Virus record (IMG/VR): IMGVR_UViG_2061766007_000872
DNA length: 64,000 nt
DNA from: an uncultured virus (IMG/VR IMGVR_UViG_2061766007_000872)
Taxonomy: Duplodnaviria; Heunggongvirae; Uroviricota; Caudoviricetes
Reading direction: 5' to 3' (one strand)
Within the stretch, counting starts at the first letter, position 1, and each line of letters starts with the position of its first letter. Position numbers and translations under genes: made by a program. This document shows positions 51,748 through 60,689 of the stretch, one piece after another. Under the pieces are notes generated by a model. It was not told the origin of the DNA and searched no databases. It saw only the letters and a program-made list of their open reading frames with translations.

Positions 51748-51948
51748 ATGTCAGGAACATCAATTAAAAGTAGAAGAAGTGTCTCTAGAAAGAAAGAATA
51801 TATTGTTAAGTTCTATTCTTTAGCAGATGACCACTATGTTTGCAAAACAAAAGAAGATGATTTAATGACTTTAAGACAAGCAGAAAAGTGTGCTTTATCT
51901 TTAGCATTTGATGGTCTTTATGGTGTTCCAGCAAAGGTAGGTGAATAA
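51748..51948 (+). CDS. Hypothetical protein
   Basis: GAGG RBS. Confidence 0.55.
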   Translation: MSGTSIKSRRSVSRKKEYIVKFYSLADDHYVCKTKEDDLMTLRQAEKCALSLAFDGLYGVPAKVGE

Positions 51949-51950
51949 TT

Positions 51951-52196
51951 ATGTTACAAAAACCAGATGTTAAATATCAATATTCAGATACTGAACAATA
52001 TTATGGTAATGATTGTCTCATTACTTTAGTTGTTACAGTAGTTGAAGTTGAGTGTTGTTTTATTGCTACATGCACAAGAATTGTTAGTGGATGGATGGGA
52101 CAAGACTCTGATAGTGCTTCTAAAGTATTTAAGTCATACAAAGAAGCAGAAGACTATTGTGAAAAGTATATGGAAAATCATGGATTACTATATTAA
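51951..52196 (+). CDS. Hypothetical protein
   Basis: AGGTG RBS. Confidence 0.55.
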   Translation: MLQKPDVKYQYSDTEQYYGNDCLITLVVTVVEVECCFIATCTRIVSGWMGQDSDSASKVFKSYKEAEDYCEKYMENHGLLY

Positions 52197-52231
52197 AGTT
52201 GTATAATAAATAGAAGAAAGAGGTTTAAATT

Positions 52232-52654
52232 ATGATTTTAACATTAATTTTCGGAGTAATAACTCTAGTAGCAATTGTGCTTGTAGTTCTTGGATTTAGA
52301 ACTGGTGATAGTGATTTCTTTGGATGGGCAGCAATAGGAGGATTTTTGGGTGGAATACCGCTTCTTTTCAGCATCATCATTATTTGTTGTGTGCAAAGTC
52401 CAATTGCACAAGAAGCAGTAAAAGTTAAGCATGAACAATCTATCGCACAACTAACTTCAACAAGAGAATACATTAATAATCTTACTGATGATTATGCAAA
52501 GAGTGTTGCTGTACAACAATACAATATTGATGTCAGAAATTTCAAGCAAGAAATTATGATACAACAATTACATCTAAGGAATCCTTGGATTAGTTGGTAT
52601 CACTCTTATGCATATTTAAAACTTGATGCTGATGTTGTTTCATATATCAACTAG
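52232..52654 (+). CDS. Membrane protein (two N-terminal TM helices)
   Basis: Two hydrophobic stretches; YN...NPWI C-terminal motif. Confidence 0.65.
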   Translation: MILTLIFGVITLVAIVLVVLGFRTGDSDFFGWAAIGGFLGGIPLLFSIIIICCVQSPIAQEAVKVKHEQSIAQLTSTREYINNLTDDYAKSVAVQQYNIDVRNFKQEIMIQQLHLRNPWISWYHSYAYLKLDADVVSYIN

Positions 52655-52660
52655 AAAGAG

Positions 52661-53257
52661 GTGATTTTAATGGCATTGATTGATTATGGTGCATTAGTTA
52701 AGAAGAACGGTATTCTTCTTCCGTACACAGATTTATTTAATAACTACTCAACATTGAACGGAGGCGAATTAGCAGAAGTTTATAGTGAGAAAGAAGATGA
52801 AGAACTCGGAAAATATAGATGCTTAGAGAAGAGCGAATATGTCGGAGATGAGTCTGTGAGAGAATTTCCTAAATCTCCTTATGATTATGATTACAACTCA
52901 AAGCGTAGTGTTATACATAACTACATGGCAGTTGTAGGCGACAACAAGTTTTTAGTTGCTACATATAAGACAGGTTTAGCGACATTTGATAGCGAGAAAT
53001 ATCTATTTGACTATTGCTTAGAAGATTGCAAGTTTGCAAAGGTACTTAAGAATGACTTTGCTGATATCAAGATTAAGAAGTTAGGAAATGACTTTGTTGG
53101 TATTGCATCATTTAGATATAATGGCGATAACTATGAAATCTTATTTGGTTGTGGTGTTGACAGTCCAAAATTCTTAATGAGTAAAAAAGCAGTTGGTTAC
53201 ATGAGTGCAAAGACATTAAGAAAGGTTAGAAGATGGGTAAAAAGAAGTTTAAGTTAA
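52661..53257 (+). CDS. Hypothetical protein
   Basis: 198 aa ORF; start may be ATG 52670. Confidence 0.65.
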   Translation: MILMALIDYGALVKKNGILLPYTDLFNNYSTLNGGELAEVYSEKEDEELGKYRCLEKSEYVGDESVREFPKSPYDYDYNSKRSVIHNYMAVVGDNKFLVATYKTGLATFDSEKYLFDYCLEDCKFAKVLKNDFADIKIKKLGNDFVGIASFRYNGDNYEILFGCGVDSPKFLMSKKAVGYMSAKTLRKVRRWVKRSLS

Positions 53258-53577
53258 TACATTTACTTTGTAAGAGCGGAAAAAATGTCCGTGTATATTC
53301 TCCAACTACTTATGGTTGTGAGACATGGGGAAGTACCAGTCAAGACTCCATAGAAAAGAAGAGGAAATACTGGTATATTTGCTCTTGGACAAGCGGAAAT
53401 GAGTGGTTTGATGATATTACATTTAGTTACAAATTAAACGTGATTCTTGAGACACAAGATGTCAAAGAATTGCTCAAATATGTCAAAAATAATTATCCAC
53501 ATTGTCTAGAATCTGTTAAAGATGATTGTGAAAACATACAGGAAACATTCAATAAAATATTAAGTTGGGGCAAATAA
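53233..53577 (+). CDS. Hypothetical protein
   Basis: Overlapping coupled ORF. Confidence 0.55.
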   Translation: MGKKKFKLIHLLCKSGKNVRVYSPTTYGCETWGSTSQDSIEKKRKYWYICSWTSGNEWFDDITFSYKLNVILETQDVKELLKYVKNNYPHCLESVKDDCENIQETFNKILSWGK

Positions 53578-53600
53578 CCAAGGAGAAGAGAGATTGATTT

Positions 53601-53849
53601 ATGGCTAAAGGATTAAAAGCATTAAAAACATTGATAGATACAATGCCATTCGTATTTTTAGAAAGTCGCACAAAACAAAACTGCATTAAGGATATTGAGT
53701 GCGAACTCAAAGCATTAAAGGTCATAGTAAAAACTCTCAACATTCGGGTTTCTATCAATAAGTTAGGCCAGTGTTTCTTGGAAGACAATCATTGTATCTA
53801 TGCAATATCGCAATCAACTTATGATTTATTGAAAGAGGTACTAAAATGA
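53601..53849 (+). CDS. Small protein, KGLxAL...LLKEVL family
   Basis: MAKGLKALK...ELKALK...YDLLKEVLK. Confidence 0.65.
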   Translation: MAKGLKALKTLIDTMPFVFLESRTKQNCIKDIECELKALKVIVKTLNIRVSINKLGQCFLEDNHCIYAISQSTYDLLKEVLK

Positions 53850-54214
53850 ATAAAGGATTAAAGACATTAGAAAAATTAAGACAATATTGGAACAATAATA
53901 TACCATTAAGTGTTAGACAAGGATTAAAAATTGTTTCCACCCTTGAAGAAGAACTCAAGGACAAAGATGAATTGACACAAGCATTAAGTATTGCCACATG
54001 CGAAAATGGTGATTTGTTGAAATACAAGAAAGCATTTGACATTATTAAAAATAAAAGCGCTAATACTAGAAATCTAGTAATTTACTGTTTTGAAATGGAT
54101 GATACATATGAAGAATATGTTGATGCATTTAACTACAATGATAATTATTGGGAATTAGGTAATGAATTATTAACAGAAGAAGAATATAACTTGCTAAAAG
54201 AGATGTTATTATGA
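53846..54214 (+). CDS. Small protein, KGLxAL...LLKEVL family
   Basis: MNKGLKTLEK...LTEEEYNLLKEMLL. Confidence 0.65.
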   Translation: MNKGLKTLEKLRQYWNNNIPLSVRQGLKIVSTLEEELKDKDELTQALSIATCENGDLLKYKKAFDIIKNKSANTRNLVIYCFEMDDTYEEYVDAFNYNDNYWELGNELLTEEEYNLLKEMLL

Positions 54215-54375
54215 TTTTATTTAGTCAAAGACATAAATTAGGAGAACTGTTTGAAAAATATTGTAAAGAAAATAGTGTATTAAACTGTCCTGAAAGTATG
54301 GCAACTTGGTTATATGGCTTGGGTTTGTTAAACGAAGAAAAAGTTAAAGAATACTTACAAGGAGAACAACAATGA
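54211..54375 (+). CDS. Small hypothetical protein (54 aa)
   Basis: ATGA-coupled at both ends; MILFSQRHKLG...EQQ*. Confidence 0.5.
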   Translation: MILFSQRHKLGELFEKYCKENSVLNCPESMATWLYGLGLLNEEKVKEYLQGEQQ

Positions 54376-54590
54376 GCAAAGGTTTAGAGGCATTAAAATA
54401 CTTGAAAGAAAACAAACGTAAACATTGGCTTGATAATGATAAATCAAATGAATGTTTGAACGACATTGAGAAAGAACTCAAAGACCAAAGGAAAAAACTA
54501 ACAATCATTGGTGAGATTTTGGTAGATATTTCAAAAGGCAATTATAGTGATTTAAAAGTTGCCATTAAAAAAATTAGAGAGGCATTATAA
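54372..54590 (+). CDS. Small protein, KGLxAL family
   Basis: MSKGLEALK...IEKELK. Confidence 0.65.
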   Translation: MSKGLEALKYLKENKRKHWLDNDKSNECLNDIEKELKDQRKKLTIIGEILVDISKGNYSDLKVAIKKIREAL

Positions 54591-54591
54591 T

Positions 54592-54831
54592 ATGAGTAAA
54601 AGTTTAGATGCATTAAAGAGAGTAAAAACAAGTTTTAATTCTAATTGTTTATGGGCACAAGAAAGTTGCAATATCATTGAAAAAGAACTTAAAGCACTAG
54701 AAATATTAAAAGCATTTGATTTTGATATTGAAGATTATACAGAAGAATTGAATGGTTCAGTAATTGTTAAATTCAAAAGAATCATTTTAGATAATGATGA
54801 AATAGATTTATTAAAAGAGGTATTGTTATGA
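54592..54831 (+). CDS. Small protein, KGLxAL...LLKEVL family
   Basis: MSKSLDALK...IEKELKALEI...DLLKEVLL. Confidence 0.65.
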   Translation: MSKSLDALKRVKTSFNSNCLWAQESCNIIEKELKALEILKAFDFDIEDYTEELNGSVIVKFKRIILDNDEIDLLKEVLL

Positions 54832-55112
54832 TTAACAAAGCAAGACAAGCAGTATCTGCATTAGAAATGTCAGCAGTTAAAGATATACCTGTTGAAAAAG
54901 CAGAAGAATTAAGAAAAGTTGTCTATCAAGTTCTAGACCAAGCAGAGAAGAATAATAAAGCATTAGCGACTATTCAAGAAAAACAAGTCAATGTCAGTGC
55001 ATTATTAGAACTCAATAATTTACAACAATACAATGATTATTGTGTTGTGACTGGTGGTTGTAAAAAACTAACTCAAGAAGAATGGAACTTATTAAAAGAG
55101 GAATTAAAATAG
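54828..55112 (+). CDS. Small protein, LLKE family
   Basis: KALATIQEKQVN...LTQEEWNLLKEELK. Confidence 0.6.
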   Translation: MINKARQAVSALEMSAVKDIPVEKAEELRKVVYQVLDQAEKNNKALATIQEKQVNVSALLELNNLQQYNDYCVVTGGCKKLTQEEWNLLKEELK

Positions 55113-55324
55113 TGAAAACTTACGAAGTTATATTTGATGGTGGACATAAAATATTCAATAGTGGGAATGNNNNNNNNNNNNNNNNNNNNNNNNCACTAAA
55201 CTTCTGCAAACAATTTTATGAAAAGTCATTAAGATATAGTTATGAATTTGATAGATATATTACGGAGACTAAGCCGATAATGGGTGGTTGCTGTTTAATT
55301 ACTAGAGAGGAATTAGAGAGATGA
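55112..55324 (+). CDS. Hypothetical protein (N-gap inside)
   Basis: GTG start after GAGG; ends EELER*. Confidence 0.45.
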   Translation: MKTYEVIFDGGHKIFNSGNXXXXXXXXXLNFCKQFYEKSLRYSYEFDRYITETKPIMGGCCLITREELER

Positions 55325-55503
55325 TTGGTTTTATTCTTATTTTAGTAGTAATTCTTTCATTACTAGTTTTTATAGTATTTGGTCTCTTATTAAAATATGG
55401 AAAGCATCATAAGTCTTATGAATTATATGCTTGGTTTACTTCACTAATGTTTTTGTTTATGCTATTTTTAGTTATCAAGGGCATGACAAATATAATAAAT
55501 TGA
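55321..55503 (+). CDS. Small two-TM membrane protein
   Basis: Two hydrophobic helices. Confidence 0.55.
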   Translation: MIGFILILVVILSLLVFIVFGLLLKYGKHHKSYELYAWFTSLMFLFMLFLVIKGMTNIIN

Positions 55504-55728
55504 TTTTAAGAGGAGTGGAATTGTAAATGACTTTGNNNNNNNNNNNNNNNNNNNNNNNNNNNNNNNNNNNNNNNNNNNNNNNNNNNNNNNNNNNNNNNNN
55601 NNNNNNNNNNNNNNNCCTAAAACAGCAGATGCAATGGGAAGCCTGTTTAGTTAGTAGAGGCACTGTTAAGCAGGAGAGAGATATGATTATCTTTGAAGCC
55701 TTTCTATGGCAATAAGGAGATTGATGAA

Positions 55729-56013
55729 ATGAAAACAAATAAAAAATTGCCTATTGGCGAAAAAGTTTGGTTCTACAATAAAGAAACCAAAAAGATAGAA
55801 AGCGACTATTTATGGGGTGTTGTCTATTCAAAAACTCCACCAAATGCAAGTAGAGATGCAAACAAAATCTACGTTAGCAAATACGTTCTAGGTGAATACA
55901 CAAGCCAAAGACAAGTGCTACGTTGGTTGTGTTTCTTTACTTGGAAAGAGGTGCTTAATTTTCTTGCCTCAAACTGTGAATTACCTCTAAAAAAGGAGGA
56001 ATTAGAGAGATGA
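55729..56013 (+). CDS. Hypothetical protein
   Basis: AAGGAG RBS before ATG 55729; ends EELER*. Confidence 0.55.
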   Translation: MKTNKKLPIGEKVWFYNKETKKIESDYLWGVVYSKTPPNASRDANKIYVSKYVLGEYTSQRQVLRWLCFFTWKEVLNFLASNCELPLKKEELER

Positions 56014-56690
56014 AGGCAATAATTTTAGTAGCATCACCAGAAGAATGTTGCAATTTATTAAATGGTGATTTATCAGTATTAGCACGTAAAAAGTTTCCAA
56101 GCGATTATGTCGGCTGGGTGTATACCTATTGCATGAAAGGGAAACCCTATGCGCGGTCATATTTAGTCAGAGGAAACGGATTGGCTGATTATCTTGCAAA
56201 GGCATATGACAAAAACTATGTTGTTAAACCAAAAAAGTTTGAATTATATAACTTTGAAGATAATGGATATAGTGCAGAGTTTTATGACTTTTATGGTGGT
56301 AAAGTAGTTGCTAGGTTTTGGTGCGATAATGTAGCGAGAATAATTAACTTTCCTAATGGATATGAAACTTATGTAAGTGGAACATTTCCTAACATTAAAG
56401 TAATGGAAGAAGAAGAACTCTTAAAATTGTCTTGTCTCACAAGAGAAGAATTAAGAAACTATCTTCCTTGCGATAAAGAAAGAATAGGCAAAGCCATTCA
56501 TGTTGCTAAAGTGAAACCATTTGATAAGCCGAAAGAGATTAAAGAATTTAGTGCATATTGCAAACGCGGAGTGAAATGCCTACATTGTAAGTACTATTGG
56601 ACTGATGATAGTGCTGGCTATTCTATTCCTATGTGTTCTAAAACTTTAACTTGTGCACCACGAAGTGGTTATTGTTATATTGAAATATAA
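56010..56690 (+). CDS. ASCH/PUA-like domain protein (paralogue of 46826..47437)
   Basis: MKAIIL...ARKKFP...GKVVARFWCD...GKAIHV...LTCAPRSGYCYI. Confidence 0.6.
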   Translation: MKAIILVASPEECCNLLNGDLSVLARKKFPSDYVGWVYTYCMKGKPYARSYLVRGNGLADYLAKAYDKNYVVKPKKFELYNFEDNGYSAEFYDFYGGKVVARFWCDNVARIINFPNGYETYVSGTFPNIKVMEEEELLKLSCLTREELRNYLPCDKERIGKAIHVAKVKPFDKPKEIKEFSAYCKRGVKCLHCKYYWTDDSAGYSIPMCSKTLTCAPRSGYCYIEI

Positions 56691-56704
56691 GGAGATTTAA
56701 TTGT

Positions 56705-57199
56705 ATGGAAAAACTTTTATCAAATTTGAACATGATTAAGTGTGTTGCAGGTGTCATCACAATAATGGCACCCGGTAGAAAACCTAGAAATTTACAAAAA
56801 ATAGTTGACTATGTTGATAGTTACTTTAGAGAAAAATGCACACACAGAAAAAAGTATTATTGTGGTGATAGACTTGTAATGTTTTATATTGACCACAATG
56901 AAATCTATGATTTTACAGATGAGATGCTTAAGGGATGTAAGGAATTCAATGACCTTAATTTATCTCAAGATGAAATAGATAGAGGCATTGCTGTTGATGA
57001 CCCATCAAGACCAAAATGGGTAATAGGTGGAGCAAGTGATGGAACTCATTTAAAAGAATATTATGACTTCATTGATTTAGATGCTGGTGTCAGAAATATT
57101 GTTAGTGAATTAGAGTGGGAACTACTAGATAATGACCTCTATAGTGGTAGAGCAGAGATTGTCTATAAAGATACACAAACTCAAAATGTTGAAGAATAA
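56705..57199 (+). CDS. Hypothetical protein
   Basis: AAGGAG RBS; 164 aa. Confidence 0.65.
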   Translation: MEKLLSNLNMIKCVAGVITIMAPGRKPRNLQKIVDYVDSYFREKCTHRKKYYCGDRLVMFYIDHNEIYDFTDEMLKGCKEFNDLNLSQDEIDRGIAVDDPSRPKWVIGGASDGTHLKEYYDFIDLDAGVRNIVSELEWELLDNDLYSGRAEIVYKDTQTQNVEE

Positions 57200-57254
57200 T
57201 AGCAGAAAATAATATTAAAATATTGTATAATATTATGATTAGAAAGGAGCATTT

Positions 57255-58091
57255 ATGCCAAAATATTCATTAGATACATGTCCAGCATTTACAAAACAAC
57301 AAGACAATAAAGAAAGAAAAGTTGGATATTTCAAATTAGGTCCAGGTGAGAAAGCAATTGTTAGATTTGCTTATACATCCGCAAGAGAAATTGAAATTGC
57401 TACTGTTCATGAAGTCAAAGTCAAAGACAAGTACAGAACAGTTTTATGCATTAGAGATGCAAAAGAACCATTAGATACATGTCCTTTGTGTGCTAATGGC
57501 ACTCAAATCAAGTCAAGAGCATATGTTAAACTTTTAAGATATGAACTTGATGAACAAGGTAAAGTTACAAATGTGTTTGCTGAAGTTGCCAATTGGCCAA
57601 AGAAATATGCAGATACATTAGCAGTTAGAAATAACGAATACGGTGACTTACAAGATAGTTTATTTACTGTTACAAGAATGGGTACAGGTAAAGAAACAAG
57701 TTATGATATTCAATACGCTAATCCAATGAAATATAATGAAACAAATGGCTTTGTTAAAGATTTCAGTGATTTTGAAGGTTTTGAATTAGCACATCATTCT
57801 TACATGGAAAGAAGTAAAGAAGACATTGAAGAATTCTTACAATCTGGTGAATTTCCAATGCCAAAGAAAAACAACCAAGAACAAGTGAATCAAGTTAATT
57901 CTATGCAACAACCTGTATTGGAACAACAAGTTCCAGTTACACAAACTAGATTCAATACAGTAGTTCCTCAACCTACATATGAACATGTTTCTACAAATCC
58001 AGTTGAACAAAGTACACCATGTACGCCACAAAGAGTAGACACTAATAGTGACTTCATGCAAAGACCAAGAAGAACATACGATATTAAATAA
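57255..58091 (+). CDS. Single-stranded DNA-binding protein (gp32-like)
   Basis: YFKL..GE...VRF...H...C...CPLC, TRMGTGKETSY; next to the polymerase gene. Confidence 0.7.
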   Translation: MPKYSLDTCPAFTKQQDNKERKVGYFKLGPGEKAIVRFAYTSAREIEIATVHEVKVKDKYRTVLCIRDAKEPLDTCPLCANGTQIKSRAYVKLLRYELDEQGKVTNVFAEVANWPKKYADTLAVRNNEYGDLQDSLFTVTRMGTGKETSYDIQYANPMKYNETNGFVKDFSDFEGFELAHHSYMERSKEDIEEFLQSGEFPMPKKNNQEQVNQVNSMQQPVLEQQVPVTQTRFNTVVPQPTYEHVSTNPVEQSTPCTPQRVDTNSDFMQRPRRTYDIK

Positions 58092-60652
58092 TGGCTGAAA
58101 AGGGTTTATGGGAAGATAACTTCATTAATGAAGATTCAACCCAAGAAATTTTAGACAATATAGATAATCCAAAGGAAGTTAAGAAGAGCAAAAAAAGTTC
58201 TTCAAAACTTCCTCTTTGTGATAGATTAGCATTAATCAATGCAGAAGTGCTTAGAGTTTTAGGTAAAGACAAAGATAAGATTGTTGTTATTAAGACTCAA
58301 GAAGAACTTCATAAATATATTCAATCAGCAATTGCAGTAGGTAGATTGGGTCTTGATACAGAAACAAATAAAAGTGTTGACCCATTTACTGGTAAGTTTG
58401 TTGGTTGGTGTATCTACACTCCAGGTCAAAAGTGGGCCTATATTCCAATTAATCACTGTGACTTAAATGGTGTAAGACTTGATTGGCAATTAACAGAAAG
58501 ACAAGTTTATGATGAACTTCAATTTCTATTATCTTCAAATCTTAAACTATATTTAAGTAATGGTAAGTTTGATTATATGTTCATTAAGAAAGTCGGTCAA
58601 AGATTATTTAATGAAGTATATGAGATACCAGTTTGGTGGGATACTCAAATTGCTGCGAGATTGTTAGATGAGAATCAAAAAAGAATTGGTCTAAAATATC
58701 AATACATTAAACATTGTGAACCAGGTCAAGAGTATTACTCAATTGAAGGTTTATTTGAAGGTGTTGAATATGAATATGTTGACCCTGAAATCTTTGCCTT
58801 ATATGCTGCCAAAGACCCTTACATGTCAGTAACATTAGCAGATTGGCAAGAACAAGAATTTAAGAATCAACATATTGATAAAGTCTTTAGATTGTTCAGA
58901 GAGGTTGAGATGCCAGTATTACAAGTCACAGCAGAAATGGAACTTGATGGTATTGAACTTGATGAAGAATATGCTAAGAGACTTAGTGAGAAGTATACAA
59001 AGATTGCAGATGAGCAAGATAGAGAAGTTTATTTAGAACTTGAAAAGCATAGGCAAGAAATTGATGCTTGGAGAATTTCTCCAGATGCAACTAATAGACC
59101 TAAGAAAGAAATCACAAAAGAATCTTATCTTAATAATGCTACTAAAAACTCTAAAGACTATATTTGCGAAAATGGTAAGTATTATAAGTTTGGTAAGTCT
59201 AAAGGTGAACAACTTGAAGACCCTATCAACTTAGAGTCTCCAACTCAACTTGCAATTTTATTGTATGATGTATTAAAGTGCCCTGTAGTCAATAAAAAGA
59301 CTCCAAGGTCAACTGACAAGAAGACATTGCCTTTACTTGAAAAGCAAGTTCCATTTGTTAAAATTTACTTACAAGGTAAGAAGATGAAGACATTACTTAA
59401 CAACTTCATCAATAAGTTACCAACGATGTTGGGACCAGATGGAAGAATTCATGGCAAGTTCAATCAACTTGGCAATGAAGAAGAAGGCAATGAAGAAACA
59501 GTTGTTACTGGTAGAATGAGTAGTTCTAATCCTAATTTACAACAAATTCCTTCAAAAGCAAAAGATATTCGTATGATGTTTAAAGCATCAGAAGGCAATG
59601 TCCTTGTCGGTGCAGACTTTTCTGCTCAAGAACCAAGAATTTTATCTATGTATTCTCAAGATATGAAGTTAATTAACAACTTTAGAGAAGGCAAAGATAT
59701 GTATGCTACAATTGGTACAGCAGTTTTCAAAAATGACTATTGGGATAACATGGAGCACTATCCAGATGGAAGTTCAAATCCAGAAGGTAAGAAGAGAAGA
59801 AGTAAATGTAAAGTTATTTATCTTGGTATTTCTTATGGTATGGGTCCTAAGACACTTTCAGAGTCTGTTGGATGCTCATTTGAAGAGGCCAAGACAATTA
59901 TTTCAGACTTCTTTAAAGGATTCCCTAAAGTTGAGCAGTGGATGAATGAAACAAAAGCATTTGCAAAGAAAAATGGCTATGTTGAAGACTGGTTTGGTAG
60001 AAGAAGAAGACTTCCAGAGTTACTTTTACCCCCTTATGAGATAAAAGACATGAAAGCACAAGGTAAATTCAACCCATTCTTATGTTGTAGTGATGAAGTT
60101 GATTCGCCATTAGCAAATAAGTATCTTGATATGCTTAATAATGCTAAAGATTGGCGTTCAAGAAGCAAAATCAAGCAACAAATTGCGGATGCAGGATTAA
60201 CTTTAGTTGATAATACTGGCTTTATCTCAGAAGCAGAGTTACAATCAGTAAATGCTAGAGTTCAAGGTGGTGCTGCCACAATGACAAAGATAGCGATGAG
60301 AAATATCTTTAATGATGAAGAGATGAGAAGACTCGGATTTAGATTAAGATTAGCAGTGCATGATGAACTTATTGGTGAATGTCCAAAAGAGAATGAGGAA
60401 GCATGCTCTAAGAGATTAAGTTATCTTATGGAGCATTGTATAGATGATTTGTTTAATGTTCCAAATAAGCCAGGATTCCAATGTGATGCTGATGCCAGTG
60501 AACATTGGTACTACAATGACTATTGTGCAGAACTCGTTAAAGAATATAAGGGTTTGTTACATGACATGTCTAAAGAAGATGCTATTAACAACATTTACAC
60601 CAATCATACAGAAATGACACATGAACAATTAGATTCAATTTTACATCTATAA
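58091..60652 (+). CDS. polA: DNA polymerase, family A, with 3'-5' exonuclease
   Basis: Exo motifs DTET, NGKFD, YAAKD; TGRMSSSNPNLQQIP; DFSAQEPR; R...K....GISYGMG; VHDEL. Confidence 0.95.
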   Translation: MAEKGLWEDNFINEDSTQEILDNIDNPKEVKKSKKSSSKLPLCDRLALINAEVLRVLGKDKDKIVVIKTQEELHKYIQSAIAVGRLGLDTETNKSVDPFTGKFVGWCIYTPGQKWAYIPINHCDLNGVRLDWQLTERQVYDELQFLLSSNLKLYLSNGKFDYMFIKKVGQRLFNEVYEIPVWWDTQIAARLLDENQKRIGLKYQYIKHCEPGQEYYSIEGLFEGVEYEYVDPEIFALYAAKDPYMSVTLADWQEQEFKNQHIDKVFRLFREVEMPVLQVTAEMELDGIELDEEYAKRLSEKYTKIADEQDREVYLELEKHRQEIDAWRISPDATNRPKKEITKESYLNNATKNSKDYICENGKYYKFGKSKGEQLEDPINLESPTQLAILLYDVLKCPVVNKKTPRSTDKKTLPLLEKQVPFVKIYLQGKKMKTLLNNFINKLPTMLGPDGRIHGKFNQLGNEEEGNEETVVTGRMSSSNPNLQQIPSKAKDIRMMFKASEGNVLVGADFSAQEPRILSMYSQDMKLINNFREGKDMYATIGTAVFKNDYWDNMEHYPDGSSNPEGKKRRSKCKVIYLGISYGMGPKTLSESVGCSFEEAKTIISDFFKGFPKVEQWMNETKAFAKKNGYVEDWFGRRRRLPELLLPPYEIKDMKAQGKFNPFLCCSDEVDSPLANKYLDMLNNAKDWRSRSKIKQQIADAGLTLVDNTGFISEAELQSVNARVQGGAATMTKIAMRNIFNDEEMRRLGFRLRLAVHDELIGECPKENEEACSKRLSYLMEHCIDDLFNVPNKPGFQCDADASEHWYYNDYCAELVKEYKGLLHDMSKEDAINNIYTNHTEMTHEQLDSILHL

Positions 60653-60689
60653 TTATTGTATAATATATTGATTGAGAGGAAATTACATA

